A stretch of 64,000 nt of DNA. It comes from Escherichia coli phage NG_S8. This document shows positions 1-9,700 of the stretch, in pieces. Below the pieces are notes generated by a model. The model did not search any database. It saw nothing but the letters and a program-made list of their open reading frames with translations, and was not told the DNA's origin. The translations under genes and the position numbers were made by a program. Numbering within the stretch: position 1 is the first letter of the stretch; each line of letters starts with the position of its first letter. Where the stretch lies: the sequence record LC788711.1. The stretch is one strand, 5' to 3'.

Positions 1-1
1 T

Positions 2-35
2 CTAAAAAACTCAGGCAAATATGGGCCTTCGGCCC
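2..35 (-). terminator. possible intrinsic terminator (hairpin gggcc-ttc-ggccc)
   Basis: GC hairpin at 23-35 at end of leftward transcript; U-tract is distal, so weak. Confidence 0.3.
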
Positions 36-624
36 GAAATAATGCTGCTATTTTCAGTGTTCCTAAAAACTTTGGAGACTCCTATCAATGTGCAAATCCG
101 ACCATAAATTTCTAGAAACATAGTGTGCAAATCCGACAGTAAAATCCAGAAATGTGTTTTGGAAAAATGTTGTCTAGAAATAACCGCCCTCCCTATAACC
201 GCCCTGTATAGGAAAACCGGCCTAGGATATGTGACGTTGGAGAGAAACTGCCCTAGAATGCGTGAGAAACAGATTTAAAGTTTAGTGTAAACTCTAGAGT
301 TAGTGCTCAACTATTCCTAGAAACTTAGGAGTCTACTAGAAAGTGTTGGCCGTCCTAGCAGATGAGCGGCAACCGGTGTATCATCTTGAACACAAATATT
401 GCCTTTAAATATTATAAGGTAAATAAAAGTTAATATACCCCCATTTCATGAGAGTTAGCACCTCTAGGCGCGTGCGATTTGATACATCCTCCTGAGTCTC
501 GGGGAGGAAGAACAATTGACGAGAACCTGCAAGCAGAACCGTCATCAAGTATTTTCCTACGAGGAATGATGTAAATCTACGGCCTAGAGGTAAAAACAAG
601 TTGATGTTTTTAATCTATGAGATT

Positions 625-653
625 ATTATAACATGCAGCTCAAATAATGTCAA
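625..653 (-). promoter_or_regulatory. sigma70 consensus promoter, leftward
   Basis: minus-sense TTGACA (648-653) - 17 bp - TATAAT (625-630). Confidence 0.6.
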
Positions 654-670
654 GAAGATTTTGCTAACGT

Positions 671-1396
671 TTATAGATCGTGATTGACTTTGAGTATGAC
701 TCCCTTCGATGCCATGAAAAGGAATGTTGCTAGGTAAGATGACTCGGAATTTAGCGCAGAATAATCTACACTTCCCCTAGATCTAGTTTCTTGTTTAGTG
801 TCAAGAATTGTTTCGATATCAAACTTAACAGATCTTGCAACTTTTCTAGCTTGTTCAGGATCACGTAAGATTTCAAAGTGAGCAGCATCTAGAATATGGT
901 TAGATGATGTTGATTCGTCAACTATACTTAGATGAACCTGCGCAAGTGTAGATACGATTCCTAGCTTTAATTCAGATAGAGAAGAATATGGTGGTTCTAC
1001 TTTCTTTGTAAGTCTAGGGAGATGATCGTATTTACATTGCTTTTGAGGAATCATCAGAATATTAGGATAACATTCTAAACATGACTTTGCATTTCCTTCT
1101 TTAAAATGCGGGAGTTCTTTATCTGCAAAGACGTGGAATGAATCTGCTGAAAATCCTTTAATAGTAGGATCAACAGTTTGAATCAGACGACGTAAACTAA
1201 TATAAGAAGGTGCTAGAGTAACTTCTTCTGCATCTTTATTATATTTAGGTTGCCCACTAGCATTAATATATGCTGGATAAAACTCTGCACAAAATGCTAC
1301 TGCATGAGCTTCTAACTCATTAAGTTCGGAAACATTCTTTCCATTACAAGCTCTAGCTAACTTAATAATCTCTGCTAAATTCTTTTTTATACTCAT
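671..1396 (-). CDS. hypothetical protein (241 aa)
   Basis: ORF track; no motif recognised. Confidence 0.5.
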   Translation of the reverse strand: MSIKKNLAEIIKLARACNGKNVSELNELEAHAVAFCAEFYPAYINASGQPKYNKDAEEVTLAPSYISLRRLIQTVDPTIKGFSADSFHVFADKELPHFKEGNAKSCLECYPNILMIPQKQCKYDHLPRLTKKVEPPYSSLSELKLGIVSTLAQVHLSIVDESTSSNHILDAAHFEILRDPEQARKVARSVKFDIETILDTKQETRSRGSVDYSALNSESSYLATFLFMASKGVILKVNHDL

Positions 1397-1701
1397 ATAT
1401 AATCATCCGGTTTTGGTTTAGTTTTTGTTACTGATTTCACTGAAGGATCTAACTTAATCCACGTAAACCCTAGCTGCTCAGATAAGTGAGATATATTTCT
1501 AGGTGTTATTTTTATATTTGGAGGTAACTTAAATACTAGGTCTTTAAGTAACTTCATATCATCTGAACCAATGAAGAGAATATACTGCATATCTTCTTTT
1601 TGTTCATATTCGTTTTCAGATAATGTACTAACTCCGACTGTATGTTTATTGAGTGTGGCCACCTTACAGCGGCCTACAGTAAACTGAGTAATTATATCCA
1701 T
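1393..1701 (-). CDS. hypothetical protein (102 aa)
   Basis: ORF track; start overlaps upstream stop. Confidence 0.45.
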   Translation of the reverse strand: MDIITQFTVGRCKVATLNKHTVGVSTLSENEYEQKEDMQYILFIGSDDMKLLKDLVFKLPPNIKITPRNISHLSEQLGFTWIKLDPSVKSVTKTKPKPDDYI

Positions 1702-2312
1702 TAACGACCTCTAGCCTTATCTGCATCAATAGCTTCGAATACTTTCGTTAACATTTCTTCAAGCTCACCTTCTTTGCTAGGATTGCTCAAACGAATAGTA
1801 TATGAGTTCCTAGAAACTCCGGAGTCTTCTTGTGCTCCGCGATCTTTTGCAAAGCCCATCATTGCAACGCCAGCTTTATTCCACTCGTCTACGCTAGATG
1901 CTTCCCCAAACTTATATGCTTGCATATTGCTTACCACGCCACCACAAGGAACATTGTGCATATCCGACATTAATCTTTTATCAGAATTATTCAGCATTGC
2001 GATTGGCCCCGACTGCCACGGATCCCGAATAGTCACTGGAGTACTAGGGCGATTCACCTCAGTCTTCACGAGTTTGTACCCAGCATCGATTAGTGCATTA
2101 ATCAGATTATCAGCCGGGATACGAGCCGTGCCAAAGATAGCACGAGCATTCATAAGCTTAGCCTGAAATTCCTTGCAACCTTGAAGATCAGTGTGCAAAA
2201 ACGACAGTTGCATAGATTTAAACTGTACTGTAGCAGTCAGATCTTTAAAGCTGTAATCCCATGTGTCGAGTTCATGATCTGCTACTACTTTAATGGTTTG
2301 TTGTGTAAACAT
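1701..2312 (-). CDS. hypothetical protein (203 aa)
   Basis: ORF track. Confidence 0.5.
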   Translation of the reverse strand: MFTQQTIKVVADHELDTWDYSFKDLTATVQFKSMQLSFLHTDLQGCKEFQAKLMNARAIFGTARIPADNLINALIDAGYKLVKTEVNRPSTPVTIRDPWQSGPIAMLNNSDKRLMSDMHNVPCGGVVSNMQAYKFGEASSVDEWNKAGVAMMGFAKDRGAQEDSGVSRNSYTIRLSNPSKEGELEEMLTKVFEAIDADKARGR

Positions 2313-2497
2313 TATTTATTCTCCAGTTTATCTAACAGCTTACGAGCTGCGATATTGTGTTGTTTAATTTCTCTGTTAAGAATCTCGTTCTCACAGTTTA
2401 ACTCTAGATTCTTAGTATTAAGACGACTGCAAATCAGTATCAAGCCTAGAATAGTTAAGAGTGAACCGCCCAGTAATATAAGAAGTAATGTTTCCAT
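2312..2497 (-). CDS. small membrane protein (61 aa)
   Basis: ORF track; hydrophobic N-terminus. Confidence 0.35.
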   Translation of the reverse strand: METLLLILLGGSLLTILGLILICSRLNTKNLELNCENEILNREIKQHNIAARKLLDKLENK

Positions 2498-2730
2498 TAT
2501 TTGATTCCCATGTAACGTTTAAGATAAACAATGAAGTCTTCCGGTGCGTGCTCTAGGCTACCTTGAGCCACGAATAACTTCAGAGCTTCACGCTGTTGTT
2601 TGAGATTAGTAACTTTGCTACGCAACTTCACGTTATCGTCAATAACCTGATTGGCTTCACGAGTCTTATGCACAGCAGTGTTAATAGCAAATACTAATGC
2701 AATTGCTAAGATAATTAATACATATTCCAT
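2497..2730 (-). CDS. small membrane protein (77 aa)
   Basis: ORF track; N-terminal hydrophobic helix. Confidence 0.35.
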   Translation of the reverse strand: MEYVLIILAIALVFAINTAVHKTREANQVIDDNVKLRSKVTNLKQQREALKLFVAQGSLEHAPEDFIVYLKRYMGIK

Positions 2731-3017
2731 TAGTTACTCCAAATTAACATCCAACTCTTATCAAAGTTAGATGCTCTATTAATTAATTCGCCCATAGAAA
2801 TGTTATTGTTGTCTATGGCTTTTTGTACAAACTCTTTACCGAAATCATCTACTAGGTATCCTGTACCATTTATAATAATCTTGTAGAGAGCTGGAACTAA
2901 AGGATGTTGATGATTAAGAGGACTCTCGTTAACAATTATCTCATTCCTTCCCCACGTCGTCTTGAACAGTTTGTGGGAGAGTAGAGCTAAGGGGTTTGAC
3001 CAGACTACGTACTCCAT
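2730..3017 (-). CDS. hypothetical protein (95 aa)
   Basis: ORF track; overlaps upstream gene by 77 nt. Confidence 0.35.
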   Translation of the reverse strand: MEYVVWSNPLALLSHKLFKTTWGRNEIIVNESPLNHQHPLVPALYKIIINGTGYLVDDFGKEFVQKAIDNNNISMGELINRASNFDKSWMLIWSN

Positions 3018-3483
3018 CTTTCTTTAACTCCTGTTTTAACTTTTGATCTTTATTATACCAAATTATGTGCTCACCGTCAACTACAAATTTGTGGAAAGGT
3101 GCTGGTACGGTGTACACTCCATATTCTGTTAAGCGTGTCACAACTTTATGTGCACATAATCGGCAACCATGCCCTTCTAAGTGAGATCTAGCCGTTTGCC
3201 AGTAATAACCATCGTGATCTGGGCAATAGATCTCAACCTGCTGTTGCATAGTTCTATACTTAACTCTCTCATACCCAAAGAACTTACCATGTGCTTCTAC
3301 AGCTCTCCTAATAAAAATAAGATTAAGTGCGTCTTGCTGGAAGTCTGGATGAAGTTGTTTTAGCTTAGTTCTATTAATAGATCCATCTGATTTAGTGAAT
3401 CTATTTATGGGGAATTGTAATGCTTCCTCATAAAGTAATTCGTTTATTTTATTTCTCATAGTATACATGAAAGGCCAGAACAA
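2941..3483 (-). CDS. hypothetical Cys/His-motif protein (180 aa), possible nuclease-like zinc site
   Basis: ORF track; motif CPDHDGYYW...HLEGHGCRLCAH. Confidence 0.45.
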   Translation of the reverse strand: MFWPFMYTMRNKINELLYEEALQFPINRFTKSDGSINRTKLKQLHPDFQQDALNLIFIRRAVEAHGKFFGYERVKYRTMQQQVEIYCPDHDGYYWQTARSHLEGHGCRLCAHKVVTRLTEYGVYTVPAPFHKFVVDGEHIIWYNKDQKLKQELKKDGVRSLVKPLSSTLPQTVQDDVGKE

Positions 3484-3504
3484 TTAAGTCCTGGCCTCTA
3501 GAAA

Positions 3505-3927
3505 TTAGGTAGCGTCAATGCTCACTAAATCCGTTATAAATTCACCTGATTCCATAGGGATAGCGATCGCAGGGTCACACTCACAGGAGGTTATCCATTC
3601 GTCCCATTTACTATCAAGTAAAGAGATAAAGCTATCAGGACTTCCTCTTTCTTTATACCTAGCTAAATATTCTTCTTTTAGCTCTCGTTCTGGATAAAGC
3701 AAAATAAAATCTATTCCAGCAGCATGAAGAGCATCTCGTACTTCTTTATGACTAGAAACTAAGATCAGTTTACCTTCTTCTATAGCTTGTGAAATGTGCT
3801 CAATATAGTTCGCTGGAAAGTTATCCTTCTGGAACTTAGAAGAATCCGAATCTAGTACACGTGGAAAACACTTAGTGAAGTAAGTCTTACCACACCCTGG
3901 AAAAGCAGATATAACATTAAATTGCAT
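3505..3927 (-). CDS. P-loop NTPase-like protein (140 aa)
   Basis: Walker A FPGCGKTYF near N-terminus. Confidence 0.55.
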   Translation of the reverse strand: MQFNVISAFPGCGKTYFTKCFPRVLDSDSSKFQKDNFPANYIEHISQAIEEGKLILVSSHKEVRDALHAAGIDFILLYPERELKEEYLARYKERGSPDSFISLLDSKWDEWITSCECDPAIAIPMESGEFITDLVSIDAT

Positions 3928-3937
3928 AATTATTTCC

Positions 3938-4321
3938 TTAATGAAGTTGCTTGCCGTTTAAGGCCATATCAGCGGTTTCCAGAAGAGATTCAGTAATCTC
4001 ACGAGAAACTAGATATTCATCAATTGAGTGGCGGCGTTTGCAGGCATAAGCATTAACAATCAGATCTAGAGCACCAAGAACATCATGAATAGTTACTTCT
4101 TCATCCTTGTCTAACTCTTCTTTGGTAATCTCAATTAACTGGCCAACTGCCATTAAAAGCCCAAGAATATCTGCTGTTTCGCCTGCCACCAGCGGATTAG
4201 CACATCCTACTGTAAGATCGAAAGCATGATTGACAATTGACTGCCCATCAACGCTTCCTTCCTCAATCTGCTTCTCCAACTGCTTCATCTGCTCTAGCAC
4301 TGGATTTTTCTTTTGTGTCAT
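3938..4321 (-). CDS. hypothetical protein (127 aa; start moved to ATG 4321)
   Basis: AGGAA RBS 8 nt upstream of ATG at 4319-4321; track ORF 3938-4387. Confidence 0.45.
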   Translation of the reverse strand: MTQKKNPVLEQMKQLEKQIEEGSVDGQSIVNHAFDLTVGCANPLVAGETADILGLLMAVGQLIEITKEELDKDEEVTIHDVLGALDLIVNAYACKRRHSIDEYLVSREITESLLETADMALNGKQLH

Positions 4322-4730
4322 GGTAAAGATTTCCTGTATCAGTTGGAAGGAATGCCGATTGTGCCTTCGGCGGATGTTGTTTAGCAATCCAGTTGAGGAT
4401 CAGTACACGGCTAGGAACGATATCGGTATTATACCAGAAATCATGAACCCAATGTCGTGCATTTTCAAACTTACCGAACTTATACGCTTTCTTGAACAGC
4501 TCAAAACCAAAACAGTCAGGTGCAAAATCTACATCACGATAAGGAATTACCTTAGATCCGGTGAGATCTTGAATCGCTGCGTTAATCTCTGTATGCGAGA
4601 ACTTCGTTTCATGGAAAGTATTAAAGAAGCGGTAATTAAAACGTCCGTTCGTTTCGACAAACAACTGGATGAATAAATCATTAAATTGGCCATCAAACCA
4701 GTAATTCTGTAATCTTTGCAGTGCTGTCAT
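4263..4730 (-). CDS. hypothetical protein (155 aa)
   Basis: ORF track. Confidence 0.45.
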   Translation of the reverse strand: MTALQRLQNYWFDGQFNDLFIQLFVETNGRFNYRFFNTFHETKFSHTEINAAIQDLTGSKVIPYRDVDFAPDCFGFELFKKAYKFGKFENARHWVHDFWYNTDIVPSRVLILNWIAKQHPPKAQSAFLPTDTGNLYHDTKEKSSARADEAVGEAD

Positions 4731-4927
4731 TTACGAACCCCATTTATTGCTGCGATAACGCCTTCATACATGAAAGGAAGAACTTGTGAAATGTGGAAAT
4801 CTTGGACTGTCCAACCAGCTTCTTGATACATAATGTTAATGATTGCACAACTTAACATAAAAGCTGGTAGAATTATAAAGTAATCCCACGTTGCTTTCTG
4901 CAAGTTAGGGTTATAAAAATTAATCAT
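4727..4927 (-). CDS. small membrane protein (66 aa)
   Basis: ORF track; hydrophobic. Confidence 0.35.
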   Translation of the reverse strand: MINFYNPNLQKATWDYFIILPAFMLSCAIINIMYQEAGWTVQDFHISQVLPFMYEGVIAAINGVRK

Positions 4928-5027
4928 CTGTTTTTAAGTCTCCGTATTACTTTGGCCTGCTCAACGATTATGAAAGCGGCAACCACTAAACCGAAGATTA
5001 GGATTGCCGTAACAGTTGTTAAATCAA

Positions 5028-5360
5028 TCAAGGCAGACGCCAAATATAATGGGCTGTCCAAAGTGTTTCTGGTTCATCGTCATGATGCATCACTAGGGAC
5101 TCTGGAGAATAACTATTAGCCAGTTCTTTACGAACCATCTCACGTTCTTCACCAGTTTCAATATTTTTAACAATCACTTTCATATTAAGAGGAGTTAGCT
5201 CAGAAAGTGGTCGCCATAAGTCTTCCAGATCTGTTTTAGTTTTATTCTGGATGGATTGCAAGACTTCTAGTGTCTGAGGATCTACATTAATAAACCCACG
5301 TTCAGTAACAAAACCTAGAAACTCGTCCAGCAGGGTTAATTCACTAAAATTAAGCTTCAT
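5028..5360 (-). CDS. hypothetical protein (110 aa)
   Basis: ORF track. Confidence 0.45.
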   Translation of the reverse strand: MKLNFSELTLLDEFLGFVTERGFINVDPQTLEVLQSIQNKTKTDLEDLWRPLSELTPLNMKVIVKNIETGEEREMVRKELANSYSPESLVMHHDDEPETLWTAHYIWRLP

Positions 5361-5595
5361 CTTTCAGAATATCCTCGATCATGTCAGAAGATTGCTGTAG
5401 TTCGTCTACAATGCGTTTAACGTCAGTTTTTGTCACTTTACCGGCCAACATCGTGAACAGCATTGCAACGATGATGATAGGAACTGGCAGAACAAACAGT
5501 GCTACTTTACCAACGTTCTTCGGGGTCCAGGTATGATACTTAGTAACCAGAACACCAACAATAACCAGATAAAAAGCTAAGATAATTAACATCAT
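5350..5595 (-). CDS. membrane protein (81 aa)
   Basis: two hydrophobic segments. Confidence 0.45.
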   Translation of the reverse strand: MMLIILAFYLVIVGVLVTKYHTWTPKNVGKVALFVLPVPIIIVAMLFTMLAGKVTKTDVKRIVDELQQSSDMIEDILKDEA

Positions 5596-5873
5596 TTCTT
5601 AATCTCCGTGATTACCTGAGCGCGCAGGACTTTAATAGGAAGTTTAGTGTTACCAACAAGAGTTTCAATATTCGTTAGCTTTTCTTTAAGAAGATCTGAG
5701 CGTCTTTGTGCTAATTCGATATCTTCTTCCTGTTCAACGAGACGTTTAACTAGCCCATCATTGGTGAGGCGCATCCTATCCATATTTTTATTAGCATTAA
5801 TAATGCCAATGATTCCGCCAATTGCTGCTAAAGTCGTGAGAACCAGCAATCCAATTAAAATTTCTGTAATCAT
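5592..5873 (-). CDS. membrane protein with coiled coil (93 aa)
   Basis: N-terminal TM segment then charged helix. Confidence 0.45.
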   Translation of the reverse strand: MITEILIGLLVLTTLAAIGGIIGIINANKNMDRMRLTNDGLVKRLVEQEEDIELAQRRSDLLKEKLTNIETLVGNTKLPIKVLRAQVITEIKK

Positions 5874-6268
5874 TTAAATACTCCGTTGCCACATTCAATA
5901 TATGGGCTTATAGTTCTATAAAACGTGATTTTTTCTAAAGATTGGTCAATTGATTTACAAAATCTTTTGGCCTCTTCAATTTGATGCTTTATTTCTTCCA
6001 AGTCTTTCATAACGTGTGCATCTTTTACTTCAGCACCGGAATATTTTGAGAGAGCTATATCAAACTCTGCTTGATTAAGCACAAGGTTTGCTTCTGAGAG
6101 CATTTTATTACGTTTTGCTTGTTCTTTGATTTCCGGGCTAATGTACACTTGTTCAAGAGCTTCTTTCTTCTCATGCTGATTAAGCATGAGGTCACTAACA
6201 CCGAGTGTGATAGCTAGGGAGACTAGGGCATTCAGCCCTAGTACAAGTAAGAATTTTCCATTAGTCAT
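5870..6268 (-). CDS. membrane-anchored protein (132 aa)
   Basis: N-terminal TM segment. Confidence 0.45.
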   Translation of the reverse strand: MTNGKFLLVLGLNALVSLAITLGVSDLMLNQHEKKEALEQVYISPEIKEQAKRNKMLSEANLVLNQAEFDIALSKYSGAEVKDAHVMKDLEEIKHQIEEAKRFCKSIDQSLEKITFYRTISPYIECGNGVFK

Positions 6269-6537
6269 TATTTCTTACCTTTCAGTTGCTTAACTTCACG
6301 CTCAAAAGATGCTGCACGACGTTCGGCAGTTGCCTGATGCTCTTTCGCAAAACGTGCTTCTTGTTTCGCAAGGTTGAATGCCATAGCATTCTTGTTCAGA
6401 GAATCATACATCTTTTTCATTGCCGGAATAGACATCTTCATGAGCTGACCTTCAAAACCCTGCATATCGAGGAGAATTGCCAGAACGTTAGCCATTTCAG
6501 TTTTAGTCATGTTTTCCATTAGAATTTCCTCTCTCAT
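6268..6537 (-). CDS. hypothetical protein (89 aa)
   Basis: ORF track; promoter and GAGAGG RBS directly upstream. Confidence 0.5.
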   Translation of the reverse strand: MREEILMENMTKTEMANVLAILLDMQGFEGQLMKMSIPAMKKMYDSLNKNAMAFNLAKQEARFAKEHQATAERRAASFEREVKQLKGKK

Positions 6538-6551
6538 TAATTTATGAACTT

Positions 6552-6580
6552 ATTATACAGAATTTTAAAGCTAAAAGCAA
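6552..6580 (-). promoter_or_regulatory. T5-type early promoter (TTGCTT-17-TATAAT)
   Basis: plus-strand attata 6552-6557 and aagcaa 6575-6580. Confidence 0.6.
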
Positions 6581-6597
6581 TTGAATTTTTTATTTAC

Positions 6598-7029
6598 TTA
6601 CCAATCGTTAACGAAACCTGAGAACTCAGAAGCAAATACTAACTCAAATTTCTCAGCAATTTCAGGGTGATCTTTACAGATCAGTTCAATGCACTTCTCA
6701 GGTTCCATACCATCTTCTTCAGGATCACCGTAATACTTGTCCCAAAGATCATCAGGAATAACTTGCTCAGCTAGATCTTGGAAGTTCACTAACTGATAGC
6801 GTGGAGTATCCTCATTAATAAAAATCTCATGCAATTCCTCAGATACTTCTCCCTTATAATCGGAAATTAGCAGAGCATTGCAAGCAAAACATTCCCACAT
6901 CATCAAACGCTCAGAAATCGGGTTCGATTTGTCTTGAACATAGGACTGAAAGACTGCCTTAAAAGTAGATTTAACTTGCTCAAACTTATCTGCTGTTGCG
7001 ATTAAAAGTGCTTTATCAATCTTTTGCAT
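6598..7029 (-). CDS. hypothetical protein (143 aa)
   Basis: ORF track. Confidence 0.5.
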   Translation of the reverse strand: MQKIDKALLIATADKFEQVKSTFKAVFQSYVQDKSNPISERLMMWECFACNALLISDYKGEVSEELHEIFINEDTPRYQLVNFQDLAEQVIPDDLWDKYYGDPEEDGMEPEKCIELICKDHPEIAEKFELVFASEFSGFVNDW

Positions 7030-7059
7030 TTTGATTCCTTCTCATCAATTTATAAAGTA

Positions 7060-7088
7060 ATTATACAGAAAACTAAGCATTTTAGCAA
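7060..7088 (-). promoter_or_regulatory. T5-type early promoter
   Basis: attata 7060-7065, tagcaa 7083-7088. Confidence 0.55.
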
Positions 7089-7191
7089 ATGAAGTTTTTA
7101 AAATAAAAGGCCTAAGCCTAGGCCCGTAAAGAAAGAGATAAGAACTACTATCCCTATTGCTATAAATATCTCACGAGCCATGCCATCAAAA

Positions 7192-7782
7192 TCAAACATT
7201 GATATCTCCCCTCAATACCGCTGCCACATCTTCATCGATTTGGAGTACTTCACCAGTAGTGCAGTTAACCACTTTATCATAGCTTGTGAATTTGCCAGAC
7301 ACAATATCCTCTAGAGGAATAGGAGTCTTGCTCATCTCAAAAGAGACGTTGATATAACGTGGGTCACGCACAGAATTAGTGTGCACATGTCCGTGAATGT
7401 TTAGCCTACCACGAAGTTCTGCTTCGTGCAATGGACAATGTGACAGCCAAAACTTCTTGCCACCACCTGTTTGCTTACCTAGAGCCTGAATATCATCATA
7501 AACGTCTACAAGATCTTTAATATGCAGACCCTGACGCTCAGCATCGTGGTTTCCCATAATTAGTTGGTTAGGCACGTTGTGGATAACCGACTTCAACTTG
7601 GCCAACCCTTCTCGCCCCACGGCACTATCTCCTAGCAGCACAAGTTTTGTACGCTTGCCAATGTGCTTGGACAAAGTATCTAGGATATACTCATCGTGCT
7701 CTTTCATGTTCTTAAACCAGGGGCGAAAACGAAGAATCCCTGGGTGGTCTAAGTGGAGTTCACTCCAGAATTTAACTTTCAT
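7192..7782 (-). CDS. calcineurin-like metallophosphoesterase (196 aa)
   Basis: motifs GDSAVGR, GNHD, GHVH. Confidence 0.6.
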   Translation of the reverse strand: MKVKFWSELHLDHPGILRFRPWFKNMKEHDEYILDTLSKHIGKRTKLVLLGDSAVGREGLAKLKSVIHNVPNQLIMGNHDAERQGLHIKDLVDVYDDIQALGKQTGGGKKFWLSHCPLHEAELRGRLNIHGHVHTNSVRDPRYINVSFEMSKTPIPLEDIVSGKFTSYDKVVNCTTGEVLQIDEDVAAVLRGDINV

Positions 7783-7987
7783 TATTATTCCTTACACAGG
7801 TGGATGTAATAGTATAACTATCGTAGAATATACCTTTTGTGAGTCCAATTTGAATACTGGAATAATCTAGCTCACCTCCAGCTACATCACATAAGTGTTT
7901 TGTATCTTCTGCAGTAAATCTCATATTATCGTCGTAGGAATCACATCCAGCTAGTATTAGTACTGATAATAGTAGTAATCTCTTCAT
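7772..7987 (-). CDS. small lipoprotein (71 aa)
   Basis: signal peptide with lipobox LAGC. Confidence 0.5.
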   Translation of the reverse strand: MKRLLLLSVLILAGCDSYDDNMRFTAEDTKHLCDVAGGELDYSSIQIGLTKGIFYDSYTITSTCVRNNNES

Positions 7988-8355
7988 TACAGAACTTCCT
8001 CCGCATATTTATTCCAACCCTGACAATAACTACTAATACCACGAAGTTTGAATATTTCATCATAAACCTCATGGTGCTCTTTCGCTTCTTGGTAGCCTTT
8101 GTCAACCTCTTCCTGTCGTGCTTGTTCAAATTCAACACGATTCTCTAGCATCTTCCAGACTTCTTCGTACTCTGGCCAATTATGCTCTACTACGACTGTT
8201 TTAAGATCCTCTTTACCACGTTGTGCTCGACTATACCATAGTTTGGACAAGATATGCTCCAAAGTAGTAAAGTTACTTTGAGTGATATGCCCTAATTCTA
8301 TGGCTTTCTCAATATCAGATAGCTTTATAACTACATAACGTTCTTCACGTTCCAT
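7987..8355 (-). CDS. hypothetical protein (122 aa)
   Basis: ORF track. Confidence 0.5.
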   Translation of the reverse strand: MEREERYVVIKLSDIEKAIELGHITQSNFTTLEHILSKLWYSRAQRGKEDLKTVVVEHNWPEYEEVWKMLENRVEFEQARQEEVDKGYQEAKEHHEVYDEIFKLRGISSYCQGWNKYAEEVL

Positions 8356-9233
8356 TATAGAATCCTCTGTACACCACAGCTATCATTTTTATCTGTGGTA
8401 AATGTCATGATTTTACCGGCTTCATCATTAAGTTGCGCAACCGTCAACTGCCCGTTGAAAACACCGCCAGTATCGAGATAAACACGGTTCTTGTACAGAA
8501 TTGGGTAAGGAACACCAGTGTGACCATGGAATACGAAATCTACACTTTCAACTTCTGGCACTTCCACAGTCAGTTCATCTTTAAATCCTGCATAACGCTG
8601 GAAATAGGGGTGCTCTGCACCTTGCTTAGACAGATGAAAACCAATTTCCTGAATTACATCACGATCCCATAGATATGGCTCAATGTAATAACTAGGATGA
8701 TCATTAGGATCATTTTCACTTGCAGCGATATGATCAATAATATCGTCCCAATTAGGTGTATGTACATCTAATCCCGCATCTTTATATCTGAATGGTATTC
8801 CACCATGAACAACACCATATTTCTTGCCACGATGGAGTACAGTCATGAATACTGGCATTTTAACTGCCATATCTTCTGCGATACCTTTAATTGTATCGGT
8901 ATCTAGATCATTCATTGCCCACATTCCACCATTATACATCCAGTTGGCGTAGTCACCAGCAATCATAAACTGATCATGGTTGCCACGAACGCTGCGGAAG
9001 CGTGGGTTATATAAGAATTTGGCTAGAACCTGTAAGTTCTGCGGGCCACGGTCAATTAAGTCGCCAACACAGACAACATAGTCACGCTTTTCTTTATATC
9101 CTGCTAGTTTAAGAGCATCTTCCAGCATATCATTACAGCCGTGAATATCTCCTACGAAGAACAGGTTAACATCGTCTGGTACTACTAACATTTCGTGCAG
9201 GTTAAATTCTTTTTTCATTATCGAGTCATCCAA
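8355..9233 (-). CDS. serine/threonine protein phosphatase, PPP family (292 aa)
   Basis: motifs GDIHGC, GDLIDRG, RGNHD. Confidence 0.75.
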   Translation of the reverse strand: MDDSIMKKEFNLHEMLVVPDDVNLFFVGDIHGCNDMLEDALKLAGYKEKRDYVVCVGDLIDRGPQNLQVLAKFLYNPRFRSVRGNHDQFMIAGDYANWMYNGGMWAMNDLDTDTIKGIAEDMAVKMPVFMTVLHRGKKYGVVHGGIPFRYKDAGLDVHTPNWDDIIDHIAASENDPNDHPSYYIEPYLWDRDVIQEIGFHLSKQGAEHPYFQRYAGFKDELTVEVPEVESVDFVFHGHTGVPYPILYKNRVYLDTGGVFNGQLTVAQLNDEAGKIMTFTTDKNDSCGVQRIL

Positions 9234-9598
9234 TTAGTGTGTTTTTCAGCTTCTGTATCATTTGGCTCAAAGACAACGTGACAGTCTACTGCTTCCCAGA
9301 AAGATTGACGGATGATAGCATTTTGTTCTGCAATATCCAATTCTTCCCATTCTTCAAGTGTTTCTAGATCTGTATCAACTTCGGTATCACAGCCCACCAG
9401 CCCCAAAGTAACAACAATAGTAACACGGCCTTCACGTTCTTCGGGATAAGCCTCAGCATATTCCCAAGCAGCCTGTTCAACATAGTATTCTTGCTCCGAT
9501 TTAGACAAAGAGTTATACTTTTCTTCTGTGATTCCCATCTCTACAGCTCGAGTACCACAGACCACGTTGTTATGTATTATAAGATATACGTAATTCAA
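9218..9598 (-). CDS. hypothetical acidic protein (126 aa)
   Basis: ORF track. Confidence 0.5.
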   Translation of the reverse strand: MNYVYLIIHNNVVCGTRAVEMGITEEKYNSLSKSEQEYYVEQAAWEYAEAYPEEREGRVTIVVTLGLVGCDTEVDTDLETLEEWEELDIAEQNAIIRQSFWEAVDCHVVFEPNDTEAEKHTNWMTR

Positions 9599-9629
9599 TG
9601 TGATACTCCTCTTATCAATTTATACATAT

Positions 9630-9658
9630 ATTATATCAAAATTTTTAGCAGAAAGCAA
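9630..9658 (-). promoter_or_regulatory. T5-type early promoter
   Basis: attata 9630-9635, aagcaa 9653-9658. Confidence 0.6.
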
Positions 9659-9660
9659 GT

Positions 9661-9691
9661 AATAAAAAACCCAGATCAGCTAAGATCTGGG
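9661..9691 (-). terminator. intrinsic terminator
   Basis: stem cccagatc/gatctggg with U-tract on minus strand. Confidence 0.55.
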
Positions 9692-9700
9692 TTAGATTTA

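Noticed and set aside
405-599. Minus-strand ORF of 64 aa in the track
   Set aside because: No ATG start and no Shine-Dalgarno; it sits in a repeat-rich leader, so it is treated as non-coding (see finding at 1-655).
1774-2504. Plus-strand ORFs 1774-2166 and 2181-2504, and similar antisense ORFs such as 4230-4676, 5647-5877, 32301-32888, 34402-34974, 17176-17565, 41270-41560
   Set aside because: They lie entirely within well-supported genes on the opposite strand, lack promoters or ribosome-binding sites, and have low-complexity Ser/Leu/Cys-rich translations typical of shadow ORFs.
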